From: Podarcis vaucheri
Lineage: Eukaryota
Assembly (NCBI GenBank): GCA_965113315.1
Contig: OZ220376.1
Direction: 5' to 3' (one strand)
Length of the DNA stretch: 64,000 bases
A model generated the notes under the pieces. It was not told the origin of the DNA and did not search any database. It saw only the letters and a program-made list of their open reading frames with translations. A program made the translations under genes and the position numbers. This document shows, piece by piece, positions 13,345-25,365 of this stretch (position 1 is the stretch's first letter; each line of letters starts with the position of its first letter).

Positions 13345-13515
13345 TTGTTGCATTTATATCCCATCTTATTCTCCAGGGAGCTCAAGGTGGCAAACATGGT
13401 TCTCCCCCTCCTCTTCCCACAATAACCCTGATTAGGCTGAGAAGTAGTGACTGGCCAGTGACTGGCCAAGTGGGGGTTCAAACCTAGGGTTCCCAGGTCT
13501 TAGTCTGACACTCTA
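13345..13515 (-). mobile_element. Degenerate MIR-like/Squam3-like SINE
   Basis: catttatatccc...ctcaaggtggc...cccacaataaccctg...ttaggctgaga...gactggcca...ttcaaacc; related to 40709-40950. Confidence 0.65.
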
Positions 13516-14904
13516 AATATTTGGAAAGTTTGCTGCAAGCATTGAAAAGGCAGGACTGAGGAAGGAATGTGAAGGATTGTCTGCATCTTCCCTCCCCTCT
13601 ATTCTAAGGGGAGCAGCTTGCAGCATGAAGAACAGGAACAAAGTGAATGATACCTTGTGCCTTTAGTAGCTGTGTGACTGGCACAAATTAAACTGGGAAA
13701 GCCTGTATATTTTAATGGAAATATAATTATGGGGAAAGCTTCACCTGATGATAGTCTGTCTGTCAAAAATCTTATATGTGGCTCCTGATTTGCTATTGGG
13801 CCCTATACCTCAGCACAGCAGTTTATAACACTGAATGCCGAGGATGAACATTTTATAAACTAAAAAGTTCATTTGGCTGAACTACCTCAGTTTCTAAATT
13901 AACTTTGCAGGACTGGAAATTACTAAGCATGGCTTGTAGTTTTTCTTTTTAAAAAATGCCTCCTGGTTGTCAAAAGTAGTATGGATGGTGGGAAAGTTCA
14001 TTAAAAGCCAGCTGAAGAGCTAGCTCCTTCAAAGCTTGCATGTTTGTGCAGAGCTCATGAGCAGTCTTCAATACCAATCTTATGATAAACTTTTCACCCC
14101 AAACTTCTTACTCCCCACTGTTCTCAATCTCTGTGCTTAAACTCATAACTCTGCTTGGCACTCTGCCATTGTTTTTGTGCATTGGAACTGTCTGTGCACT
14201 CTGTCTTTTATATTTAGGTGATGACCCTGTGCCCTCCATTGGCATTATGCAACAGACATACACAAGCCCCGTTTTTAAAAAAAGGCAGATTCTCTCTACT
14301 CCTGTCAGCAATCAGCAACATGCATTGACCAAAGCAGAAAAGCTAGGAAATAAGCAGTCTTTTATTTCTTATGGGAAGGTGATGCCGTGGGTTTATTTGA
14401 TTTACAGCAATGCACACTCTTTTCTTCCATTACCCCCCATCTATTACCCATTCAGAGACTTAATCTTATGCTGAATTAGAAATGTTTTGTATTAGTCTGA
14501 ATGTTCAACATCTTCTTCAGAAAATATTCACTTACTAATTAAATACACTTTGCTTTTAGGCAGCGGGTATTTTTTCAAGGAAAGCCAAGGATAATTAAAT
14601 GCTTATTTTTCGCATTTTTACTACAACAATATATTTCATTTTATTTTGTAAATAAAATGAGACGGTGGCCAGATGATTCTAACTGTGCCTTGGCTTTCTT
14701 TCCCAGTACATCATGGTAAGGTAAACTAAAAATTAAATTCGGTTGAAAAGTCTTATAGTGCTGGTCATGTAGCTTTGTTTAGACTCTTGTTTGTCCTCCA
14801 AATACAGTATTTCTTTGAAATACTAATTTTACTAAAATACTAATTATTTTTATAATTATTAGTATTTTTTAATTATAGTAAAACTTAACCCCCCCCCCGC
14901 ATTT

Positions 14905-14965
14905 CAGAGGATTGAACTAGATGACCCTCAGGATCCCTTCCAGCTCTACTATTCTATGATTCTAT
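14905..14965 (+). mobile_element. CR1 tail remnant
   Basis: ttgaactagatgaccctcaggatcccttccagctctactattctatgattct. Confidence 0.75.
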
Positions 14966-16344
14966 TTTATTGTAAAATAAAATATTGTCTGGAGAACTCA
15001 GACAAATATAACAACAGTTAAAAGCTTAAGGATGGATGTGGTTAGTACTTTAGGTAATCCTGTCAAAGAGGAAATGGCTAGGGTAGGGGAAAAAATAATG
15101 TTATTTGTTTAGGTGTCTGTCCCCTGCAGGCAAAGAAAGGATCCTGTGATGAAATGGCTGGCTGAGGCAAAGAGGACTGGAGGGGGGAATGTAAATAATA
15201 TGTAGAATTTCAAATGGCGGGTGGGAACAGCAAAGCAAAACTATTTATTTTGTGGAGGGGACATTAACAACATTAAAACAAATGCATATAATATTACAGA
15301 ATATGCAATACAGAAACAACCTTAAGAAGCACGCCATTCTTCTCTATGACATTCTTGTCTGCCCTGGGAGGAGATGGTTTACATTAGAGTTGACATCAGT
15401 CATTGCATTTTCAAGCTTGCAGCTCAATGTTTTGGGCTCAACAGACTAAAGCTTGACAGCAGAGCCTAGTTCACTGCCAAGAGCGGTATGATCACAGGCA
15501 CGCAGCAAGCCCCAAGCAAACTCTTGGGCTGGGGTGTTGTTTCAGTTTTTGTTGTGTATGTGTGTCAGTGGGGGGTGTTGGTGGTGGTGGTGTTTTTTTT
15601 AGTTTTCTTTCAGATCTTCTGATTTATGTGGAAATTGTTCCATTTGGTTGTGTATTTTTGATGTTTTATTTATTGCTTATGACTACTTTTGTTATGTTGC
15701 TGTTACGCTTTTCGTGTCGTAAGCCACCTTTAGCATGGTTTGAACTGTGGAAAGGTGGTTAAAAATAAAATTATGTATATGTAGACCAGCTGACATAAGT
15801 CAGTTTCATATGTTCTTTTTTTTTTAAAAAAAAATATGTTTTAATCCCTATTGAAGGTGCCTTCGAAAACTATAAAATGCATTCCAGACTTTGGAAAGCC
15901 AGATTTTGAATTTGGGCACTCAAGTCATGACAGCCCTCTTCTAGCCATTGAGCTCTGGAACAGAAAGGAAAAGAAATGCTAGGAATCATTTCCAATGTTT
16001 TCATTGATATTTTCACTTATTGATGTACTATCCATCTTCTGTCTTAGATTTTCTTAAGCAGCAAGCCTCTTCCAGGCTGCTCCACTCAAAACAAATTGTC
16101 CATTTTCCTAAATTGCTTGCTCAGATCTGCAGAAACTTTAAGTGCCCTTCTGGCTTCCAGACAATGAAAATGCCTTTTTCTCTCTTGCATGCAAAATCAC
16201 TAGAAAACTATTATTGGGAAACACTCTTAATGTTTGAGGATAAACTTAGCATTTAATACCTGGTACACCCTTTTATGCAAGTTTCAAAGATACTATGCAA
16301 CAATGGCAAGAGCTTGGACCAAGAGAATGCTCTGAGACCTAATG

Positions 16345-17690
16345 ATATTCAACAACTACTGTCCAGTTGCAAATATCCACTTTGTGGGCAAGGCACTCAA
16401 AAGGGTCATGGAGATGCAACTGCAGGCATTCCTCAAGGAAACTGAATTTTTAGACCCATCTCCATTTGGGTTCAGATTTGAACCTGGCTTGGTAGCCCTG
16501 ATGGATGACCTTTATCAGCTTTTGATGCCATTGACCATTGTATCCTCTTGGATTGCCTATGGGAAATGGGTATCAGGGGCAGTGGTTCCAGTCTTAACTC
16601 CAGAGATGCTTTCAGAAGGTAGCACTGGATGCTCCTCAGCTTCTTGGCTTTTGAGCTATGGGCTGCTACAGGGACTATATTGCCTCCAATGCTATTTAAT
16701 ATCTACATGAAGCTGGTAGGAGTAGTCACTGGGAGTTTGGGACCAAGGTGTCATCAGTATACTGATGATACCCAACTCTATTTCTTGGTAACATCTGAAT
16801 CAGCAATGAGACGCCCTGGACCGGTGTCTGGATGCAGTGGTGGGCTGGATGAGAGCTAATAAACTGAGTCTGAAACTGAATCCTGTCAAGAAGGAGGCTC
16901 TGTGAGCGAGTAGTTCCTGGATCTGGGAAGTTGGTAAGTTGCCTGCCCTGGATAGAGTTGAAAGAGCAGGTGCATAATTTGGATGCGCTCCTAGATTCAA
17001 CCCTGTTACTCTAGGTACAGGTGTCCTCAGTGGCTAGGAGTGACTTTTACCAACTTTGATTCCTATGATATCTGCAGCCATTCTTGGAACCAGATAGCTT
17101 GACCACAGCTATCTATGCATGTGTAACCTCACACTTGGATTACTGCAATGCACTCTAAGTGAGACTTCCCTTGGGGTTGATCTGCAGGCTGCAGCTGGTG
17201 GAGAATGTGGTGGCTAGGTTGTTTGTGGGGGTTAATGCCCACAAGCATATAACACCTTGCTTGTGGTATTTGCACTGGCTGCTAATTTGCTACCGGGCCA
17301 TGTTCAGGGTGTTGGTACTGACATATAAGTACCTACATAGCTTGTGACCACATTACTTGATGGACTGTCTTATTCCTTATATACCCAATAGATGTCTGTG
17401 GGAGATTCTCTCCTGCAAGTTCCAAAGACCACAGAAGCCCACTCTGCAGTAAATCAAAGCAGGGTTTTTAATGTGGCTGCTCCTGTCCTGTGGAATAGCA
17501 TCCCTGTCGAGAAATGACAGGTGCCCACTATCTACACTTTTCAGAAACTGTTGAATACATTTTTGTTCCAATGGGCTTTCCCAGCTGGGTAAATGGGTCT
17601 TTACCATGAGAGTCCTTGGGTTGTCATTCTGTTTTTAATTATTTTATGTGTAAATCACATCAAGATGGTAGTTTAGAAGGTGTTTAATAA
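16345..17690 (+). mobile_element. Degenerate L2 LINE, RT domain through 3' end
   Basis: Frameshifted peptides NNYCPVANIHFVGKALKRV, ILPPMLFNIYM...HQYTDDTQLY (YADD-like), RLQLVENVVARL...HITPCLWYLHWL are typical of L2/CR1-group ORF2. Confidence 0.88.
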
Positions 17691-17699
17691 ATCAGTTAC

Positions 17700-17733
17700 A
17701 CTACTACTACTACTACTACTACTACTATTACTA
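17700..17733. repeat. (CTA)n microsatellite
   Basis: Read directly; sits at the L2 tail. Confidence 0.9.
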
Positions 17734-17752
17734 TGCTATGTTGTAATAAGCT

Positions 17753-18076
17753 AAAAGGGTAACGGCCCCTGGGCGGTTAAGTCCAGTCAAGGACAGCTAT
17801 GGGGTTGTGGCGCACATCTCGCTTTCAGGCCAAGGGAGCCGCCGTTTGTCCACAGACAGCTTTCCGGGTCATGGTGCCAGCATGACTAAACTGCTTCTGG
17901 CACAAGCCACAACCGTACCTATTTATCTACTTGCACTGGTGTGCTTTTGAACTGCTAGGTTAGCAGAAGCTGCGACAGAGTAACAGGAGCTCACCCCATT
18001 GCAGTGATTCAAACCACCAACCTTCCAATCGGCAAGCCCAAGAGGCTCAGTGCTTTAGACCACAGCGCCATCCGCC
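17753..18076 (-). mobile_element. Sauria SINE, older diverged copy
   Basis: Homologous to 2526-2875 (gtacctatttatctacttgcac, cacagcgcca); degenerate flanking duplication tgttgtaataagctaa / tgttgttatagctaa. Confidence 0.85.
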
Positions 18077-19703
18077 TGTTGTTATAGCTAAGCAACACTC
18101 AGCATGTCCAGTGTCTGAATGGAAGATCTGCCTGAGATCTCTGTGAAAGACACTTCGAGCTTTCCAGAAGCAGAATGAATGTGATTTATTAAAACAGGAA
18201 ATGTTTTCACGAGCCAAATACTAAGGTGTATTGGGTGAACTGTTTTAGTCTTATGTGCTGCTACTATTGCTACATCTAAACTTAGTTAATTGTTATTAGG
18301 GTTACTGAGAATGTATAAGAACTTATTTGAATACTTTTAAATGACTATAGAGATATACTCTAAAACATAATGTATAAACTGAGGACTCTGCCTTATAGAG
18401 AGTCAGACCATTGGTCCAACTGACTCTGTATTGTCTGTATTAGGGAAATAAACAAATTCATGAAAGATAAATAAATTTACATAAATAAATAAATAAATTT
18501 ATTTATAAATGTAAATGTATTAACTTTCATAACTTTTGAATTAATTAATTGAGTTGTTCATTGGTGAGTACTTTGGGGAAATAAAGAAATTAATTTTTGC
18601 TGCATTATTTTATTTTGGTGCATTTGCAAATTAATTTAAAATGTTGCTGAGTTTGTAATAGATTTTTGTCATGATGTATTTTCTCAATTAACAGAGTGTA
18701 ATATTACAATAATCAGGATGTGGGCTTCCAAAAAAGAAAAAAGAAAAAAAGAGTTCAAGCTAAAAAGGGGTGCTTGCAGAGGAACCACCATTATATAATA
18801 TTTGATTACTTTGGGCTTGTTAATCATCATCTGGGCTTGTGACAATCTCACTGAAATGCACTGCTATAGTAGATTTATGTGCTCTTCTGATTTTGAGTTT
18901 TGCAGGGTACAGATTGAAGTGTCATAAGAAACCATGAAAATTGGTTTAACCAGAAATCATGGCAAGATGCAAAAAATTAAACACCTGTCCTGGCAATGAT
19001 GGCTCTGGAGAACTGCCTTCAGCTCTCTGCATCTTACAGAAGGGAGGAAATGAAGATGGGGTAGAGGAAAGCAGAACAGGCAGGATGTGTGTTTGTGGAA
19101 GCCTATTGAGAAAAGGAAGACAGTACTCATTGTGATCATTTTTTCTTAATCATCCGTTATCTTTTTTCAGTACTTTTATGAGTTCAGTTGATTGTGCTAT
19201 ACACTTTTTTTAAAAAAAAAAGACTTCAAAAGTGGGGATGTTATGTTGCTGAACATCTTCCCCAATATCATCACTTAGATTTCTGTTTGGCTTCTTGTCA
19301 CAACTGGACAAGAAATTTGCTTTCCTGCCTTGTAGATGGAGGAATATTTGAGTGCTAGAGGATGCTCAGATATGTCTCTATAACGCTAGTATGGAATTCC
19401 ATCTATTTATTAATGGTTCTTTAAGAGGAAGTGTGATGTAATTCATCTCAGATTTTCACATATACCTTTTCGTACAGCATGTTGGAGAATCGTGCAAAAA
19501 AAGAAAAAAAAAGAATTGAGGACTGATAAATCATGGACAGAGTGAGTGAAGATCTACATCAGGAACAAGGGAGGCAAATAAAGAGCTACATTGGGATCTG
19601 TTGCTCCTGTGGATCCTGCTGCCTGGGGCTCAAACTGTTTTTGAGAACAGATATCAAAGTCCAAGTACATGTTTTAATTGTGATATCCCTTTCTGTCTTA
19701 CAG

Positions 19704-19810
19704 GTACGTTATCCCATCCTTGCAAAGATCTGATGCTGGTTTTTATCAGTGTGTTGTGAGGAACAGAATGGGGGCACTCCTGCAAAGAAAATCAGAAGTT
19801 CAAGTGGCAT
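19704..19810 (+). CDS. SDK1: Sidekick-1 internal coding exon (exon 3 equivalent), second half of Ig1
   Basis: ctttctgtcttacag acceptor; GTATGT donor at 19811. Translates [35 protein letters not shown](Y), containing the Ig DxGxYxC motif. 107 nt; phases 2 to 1 join the flanking exons in frame. Not in the ORF track. Confidence 0.96.
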
Positions 19811-21777
19811 GTATGTATGATTGGCATTTATTTCAAAAATTTCCTAATTTTTGCTCATTTTTCCAGATTACAATGTCATAGTCATTTTCCTGACCATTAG
19901 CTCAGGCCAGTTCCTTTGTCTCAGAAAGGAATAAAGTTCTCCCCATTTCATCTCACAGAGTATGCTTAGTATGAGGTGAGTGCTTACCTGGACATTAATT
20001 CCATCTTCCAAATATATCAGTTGACAATGCAGACAGTTGTTATGCCTATAGTTTGGCAAGCTAAAGACCACCAAGGATAAGCCGCCCTTTAATGTGAAGA
20101 GGTTAGGAAGCTGCTAAAAATGCACATACAAAGCACCCAAAAGAGAGGTCAGGTTTAAATTCAGCAGAAATTAAATTCAACTGGAAATTAATGGGTTGGT
20201 TGACAGTCAACTACTCCAGTAAGACTGCGTGAGCCAACTCATTCAGGGCTGACATGTCCAAACCTCTGATTGTAGAAACTGCCAAGCTTGACCTCTGATT
20301 AAATACTTGACTTTTACTTGGGCATAAGTGTTGATTTTCTCAATTATAGATGCCAAGACATGTGCCTTGTAAAATGAGTCTGATCTCATAATCAGCCAGT
20401 GCTTTGGGGTTTTTTATAGCCAATATTCTCTCCAAACTTAAAAAAGTTTCCATCTGAACTCTGAAAAACATGACTGTAGATATAAATTAGTGTACATATT
20501 CTAAACTGTGATTCAGTTGTTAGATTTCCTTTAAGATTTTCTAGCAAAAAACCCTATATCAGTATTTCTGTTTCACCTTTCTGCTCATTCAAGGGGTATT
20601 CAAGGTGACTCACAAAGTAAATTGTCTTCCCTTCCTCCTCTGGTTTTTCTCCATTTCATTTCCCCACCTAAGCATCACTAGGCAGGGCTGTTTAGGCCAA
20701 CCTTTTTGGCTGATTAGGCCAAAAACATTTATATCTACTTCTGCTGAAAAGCTCATTGGCTAGATAAGCCAACTTTTCAGAGAGCAGTTGCTGAAGGCTG
20801 TACTGGGTAGTTGGGGTTTATACTGTTCAAGGCTCAGATTATTTTGCAGATGGAGGGCATTTGCAAGATAATCTTCATCTTCTGAATTATTTCAGTCCAA
20901 CCAGTGTTGGAGCTGTCTCCCGCCCTCTCCTGCCTTGTTTCCTTATAACTCAGGACCAAACTTCACATTATGGAGACTAGCAGGATCTTAGCTTAAAATC
21001 AGCCCAAACTGGTTGGACTGGAGCAGTGGTATTAAACCCCCTTTCCCTGTGTTGTTTCCTCAATCTAAACTATTCCTCTCAGTCACCTGAAGGTGAGAAG
21101 GGAGGCCTTACCTTGTCACACACACCCATTGAACCTCAGAACCCCAGGCGGATGAGGGAGTTTGGCCTCAAAGGAGGCCCCAATCTCACCCTCTGAACCA
21201 CAAAGTCCAAGAAGTGAGTCTCGGGGCTGACCCATAACCTGAAAGGTGACTACAGGGCATCACTAGGCTAAACCAAACTTTCTTTTCCCACACCTAAACT
21301 GCCCAAAGTGCCCAAATCTAGATGAATAACCTATTTAAACAACACAGCAAACCAACAAACACTCTGTCCTGCTATTGAGTATGAAGTAAGTAAATTTTCC
21401 CAATCTGCATTTTTGCAATCCAAAATGAGGATTGGGGGAAAAATCCTACATGGCCCCCCCAGTGGTGACCCTGAAACAATAGGGTGACAGGGAGGGAGAG
21501 TGAAAGCTGCTGCAAACTCAGAGGTTGGAGGGAAAGCAGATTGTCCCTTTTAGAGGGTCCAAGCCCTGCCCCCCCAGACCACCTTAGGAATGCACCCATT
21601 GGTGCCAAGGATTTTCCCACTGTGCCTCGCTTGCAAAGGTGCCCAGCCTTCTAGGCACCATCTAAGCCTTTTGACTGAAGGTCCTTCTTTCTATATTGGA
21701 GAACTTTGAAACTGGATTTTTTTTAAAAAACTTAATCTGTATCAGTAAGTTAGTAAGTTTAGAAATTATGTCCCAAG

Positions 21778-22153
21778 CAGGGCTGTCTTTGGCAGATGCG
21801 GCGCCGGGGTGCAAATATCCTTCCAGAGCCCACAAATTACCACCGATAGTGGGGGGCGAGCTGTGCCCTGCCGCAGAGGCTTGGGAGGGAAGCTGTGTGC
21901 CGGCCAGCCATATGGTTGGTGGGGTGCAGCTTCCATCCTAAGCCTCTGTGGGGATCGCTCTCCTCCCGCGGAGGCTTGGGAAGGAAGCTGCATGCCTGCC
22001 AGCCATATGGTTGATGGGGCGCAGCTGGCGGGTGTGCGGGGAAAGGGGAGGCCGCTGGCAAAGCCGCACAGCTCCCCCACTTGCTGTGGCGCCCCTGAGA
22101 GGCCGAGGCCCTGGCACAATGAACCACTAACCCCTATGGGAAAGATGGCTCTG
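21778..22153. mobile_element. hAT-superfamily non-autonomous element
   Basis: TIRs CAGGGCTGTCTTT / AAAGATGGCTCTG; perfect 8-bp TSD GTCCCAAG at 21770-21777 and 22154-22161; GC-rich interior with a duplicated unit (gaggcttggga.ggaagctg...cagccatatggttg.tggg). Confidence 0.9.
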
Positions 22154-23066
22154 GTCCCAAGATCTGGTATTACTGGAGGAGAATATGGAGAGTGCTTCCC
22201 ATGGAATTGAGGCATCTTCAGTTAACTTCTTCTGTTAGTGGAAAATTTTATCCACCAGTTCCATATCATCATCTGCCTGTGGAGAAGACAAGTAGAAATA
22301 TCACAAGTAAGATGAAGTTTCACTGTTTGTTTATACTCTACACGTCTCTGTCTGAGACTTTGATTATTGTTCCTCGGGGCACTTAACTGGAAGGTCAGCA
22401 ACAGTGGCTGTCATTTGATAAATGGCAGGAAGATGAAGTGGGTGAATGGAATTCTTTATTAGACATGACCATTTACAAGGAAGTGATTAAATGGAGAAGA
22501 TAGGTATCATGAGGGAAAATGTGCTGAATTTATTTTTCCTGCAGTTTAATATTAGCATCAAGAATAATAATGTATAATGCTGTATGAATTGGTCAAGCAG
22601 CCACCCACTCTTCTAGCTAGTCATTATTTAATTCCTGTTCTGCAGATATCATGCAACACAGACTGGTTAAAAAAGCTAACGGGACTGTAAAATATTTAAG
22701 GTTTAACCAATATTGGATTTGCGCAGAAACTAATAGTGGGGCTATCTTAGCCATATTTGTTTATTCTTTATTTATTTATATAGAATTATATAGAATTTCT
22801 GTCCCACCCTTCTGTCGTTGGGGGCCTTACAACAACGCTACATGTTCTAAGACATCTTGAGTGAACTGTCAAATTGCCCAATTCTTCCCCACCTCCATTC
22901 TGAAGTGTGAATGTTCATCTCACTTAAGCATTACATAGTATGTACATAATGTAATTTAACATAATGTAGCATATTATATAAAGCAGTAACACCCACATAA
23001 ATACTTTGAGCATTACAGCTACAAGTTGCATGCTCATTTTGTTAGAAAAGCACTTTTGGAATCATA

Positions 23067-23442
23067 CCGTTTTCGCCCGAATATAAGCCGTACCTGAATA
23101 TAAGCTACACCTTTAAAATTGGAGGGGGTGGGGAGGAAAAATGAAAAAATATCCGAATATAAGCCACTCAATTCCTCACTGCTCCTGGCTGCATTCTGGG
23201 GGCGGGGGGGGGGCTACACTGTGTTGCTGGCAGCCTTTCCCTTTCCTCGCTCTCTCCCTTCCCAGCCTTGGGGGAGAGGATGAAGAACTATTCATGGGGC
23301 AGGCGCCACTTTGCCCCTCTCCTGGCACTGTTTGCCCCATGCCACTGGCTGCATACCGTAAGGTCACAAATATAAGGCACACTTTACCTTTTCACAGTCG
23401 GAATTTGGGGGGAAAGTGAGGCTTATAATCAGGCCAACACAG
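23067..23442. mobile_element. Tc2/pogo-like non-autonomous element
   Basis: TIRs CCGTTTTCGCCCGAATATAAGCC / GGCTTATAATCAGGCCAACACAG, TA on both sides, internal repeats of GAATATAAGC. Confidence 0.8.
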
Positions 23443-23444
23443 TA

Positions 23445-23670
23445 CAGTGGTACCTCGGGTTACAGATGCTTCAGGTTACAGACTCTGCTAACCCAGAAAT
23501 AGTACCTTGGGTTAAGAACTTTGCTTCAGGATGAGAACAGAAATCACACGTTAGCGGCGTGGTGGCAGTGGGAGGCCACATTAGCTAAAGTGGTACCTCA
23601 GGTTAAGAACAGTTTCAGGTTAAGAACGGACCTCCAGAATGAATTGAGTTCTTAACCCGAGGTACCACTG
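23445..23670 (+). mobile_element. Tc1/mariner MITE, family A
   Basis: CAGTGGTACCTCGGGTTA...TAACCCGAGGTACCACTG with TA TSD. Confidence 0.92.
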
Positions 23671-24304
23671 TATATCGTCCTAGAATATAATTATTCTCAT
23701 AGGGTATGATAGAGGAAACCAGTTTCCAGTGTAGGCACTAGTTGTGCTAAATCCTCTGATAAGGGAATTGACAGAGAAAACTTATACTCGCATTACACCA
23801 GGACTGGAGAGACACTGCCGCTGTTCCAAGCAAATCCCTGCCATACTGTGCTCAGTGTGGAGGGGAGGAAAAAGCTGCACACAGCAAAAAATATAAAGAC
23901 AGGAGAAAAATGGCAGATACATCCACAGCTCTCCTGGCAATACCGCCACAGCCCACCAGCCAATCACTGTACTAGGAGGGACATCCACAGGCCACCCACA
24001 CAGAAAGAGTCAATGAATATATAATGGAGATGCTCTCTCCCCAGTACACCTCCTGCATCAGCACAGCAGGCAAAGCACAAGAGGACACCACTGTGCACCC
24101 ACACCAGCAGCCCCAGTGGGACAGCCAGAAATGACCCAGGCTTCCTTCCAGGCATTTAAATATAAGAACATAATAATAAAAGACATTGGATTCTTATCTC
24201 ATTATACATGACTAAGCCATTTCTCACCTTCTCACCCCTTGCCTTTTCCTGTAAGACCTATTACAGTCGTTAAGAGTCGTCAACAGGCTCATCTCAGCTA
24301 TCTG

Positions 24305-24391
24305 CCAATCTCCCATTCCCACCACCCTTCTGAGTAATACCCCTCCCCACCTTCTCACTATATAGAAGGATCTGGCAACTTCTGTTTCAGT
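24305..24391 (+). promoter_or_regulatory. Candidate Pol II core promoter of the Penelope pLTR
   Basis: CCAAT at 24305, TATATAGA at 24359, initiator-like TCAGT at 24387-24391; the first T of TATA is 30 nt before the Inr A (24389). Confidence 0.55.
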
Positions 24392-24429
24392 GTATCTGAA
24401 GAAGTGTGCATGCACACGAAAGCTCATGC
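24392..24429 (+). ncRNA. Minimal type-I hammerhead ribozyme motif
   Basis: GTAT-CTGAAGA-A-GTGTG-CATG-CACAC-GAAA-GC-TC-ATGC: CUGANGA and GAAA cores, 5-bp stem II, palindromic AGCU in place of stem III, stem I GUAU/AUGC (one G:U). Predicted cut after C24425. Confidence 0.72.
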
Positions 24430-24484
24430 CAAGAACTAACTTAGTTGGTCTTTAAGGTGCTACTGGAAGGAATTTTTTTATTTT

Positions 24485-24640
24485 GAACATAATAATAGTC
24501 TTGCTGGATCTGGCCAATGGCCCTCCTAGTCCAGCGTCCTGTTCTCACAGTGGCCAACCAGATGCTTGTGGGAAACGTGCAAGTGGGACTCAAGCTGAGG
24601 AGTGCCCCCCCCTCCTGTGGCTTCCAGCAACTGGTAATCT
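24485..24640 (-). mobile_element. Old CR1-type 3' tail, target of the Penelope insertion
   Basis: gctggatctggccaatggccc...tagtccagc...tgttctcacagtggccaaccagatgc; reverse of the 9600-9725 type of tail. Confidence 0.7.
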
Positions 24641-24659
24641 GTTTCTCCTCAAAAACAGT

Positions 24660-25365
24660 CAGTTCCCCAAGGCCTGTTCATGGAAGGACAGCAAGGGGGG
24701 AAGCCAGTCTGACTTCTCTAGGGAGGGAATTCCAAAGCCTGGTAGGACTGAGAGCAGGATGGGTTCATATGAGGGAATAGAGTCTTTCAGACAGCCCGGA
24801 CCTAAGCCATATGGGGCTTTGTAAGTCATAGCCAGGGACACAGGTGGTGCTGTGGGTTAAACCACAGAGCCTAGGACTTGCCCATCAGAAGGTCAGTGGT
24901 TCAAATCCCCGCCATGGGGTGAGCTCCCGTTGCTCGGTCCCTGCTCCTGCCAACCTAGCAGTTCGAAAGCACGTCAAAGTGCAAGTAGATAAATAGGTAC
25001 CGCTCCAGCAGGAAGGTAAACAGCGTTTCCGTGCGCTGCTCTGTGGCTTAGTCATGCTGGCCACATGACCTGGAAGCTGGCTCCAATAAAGCGAGATGAG
25101 CGCTGCAACCCCAGAGTTGGTCACGACTGGACCTAATGGTCAGGGGCCCCTTTACCTTTACCTAAGTCATAGCCAGCACTTTTAATTGTGCCTGGAAACA
25201 GACTGGTGGCCAGTGGAGAAGTTGTCATGTGTTCCCTATAACTAGCCCCAGCCAACAATGGCTCTTTGAACCAGCTGAAGTTTCTGAGCACTTTTCAATG
25301 GCAGCCCCACATAGAGTGTGTTGCAGTAATCCAAACAGGATGCAATTAAGGTGTGTGTCACCGTG
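24660..25365 (-). mobile_element. L2 LINE fragment interrupted by a SINE
   Basis: Minus peptide MTYKAPYGLGPGCLKDSIPSYEP; ttgcagtaatccaa is the reverse of the L2 LDYCN motif. Confidence 0.75.
24835..25162 (+). mobile_element. Sauria SINE nested in L2
   Basis: tRNA-like head and ACCTTT tail; 13-bp TSD TAAGTCATAGCCA at 24822-24834 and 25163-25175. Confidence 0.92.

Larger units (their letters stand above)
24179..24484 (+). mobile_element. Penelope-like retroelement 3' fragment (ORF end + pseudo-LTR)
   Basis: Begins with in-frame KDIGFLSHYT*, resembling the C-terminus of vertebrate Penelope-like ORFs; then a pLTR with a hammerhead motif and ttagttggtctttaaggtgctac; 13-bp TSD GAACATAATAATA at 24166-24178 and 24485-24497. 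Confidence 0.85.

Noticed and set aside
21766-22215. Overlapping GC-rich ORFs or a CpG-island promoter
   Set aside because: They fall almost entirely within a hAT element bounded by TIRs and an 8-bp TSD.
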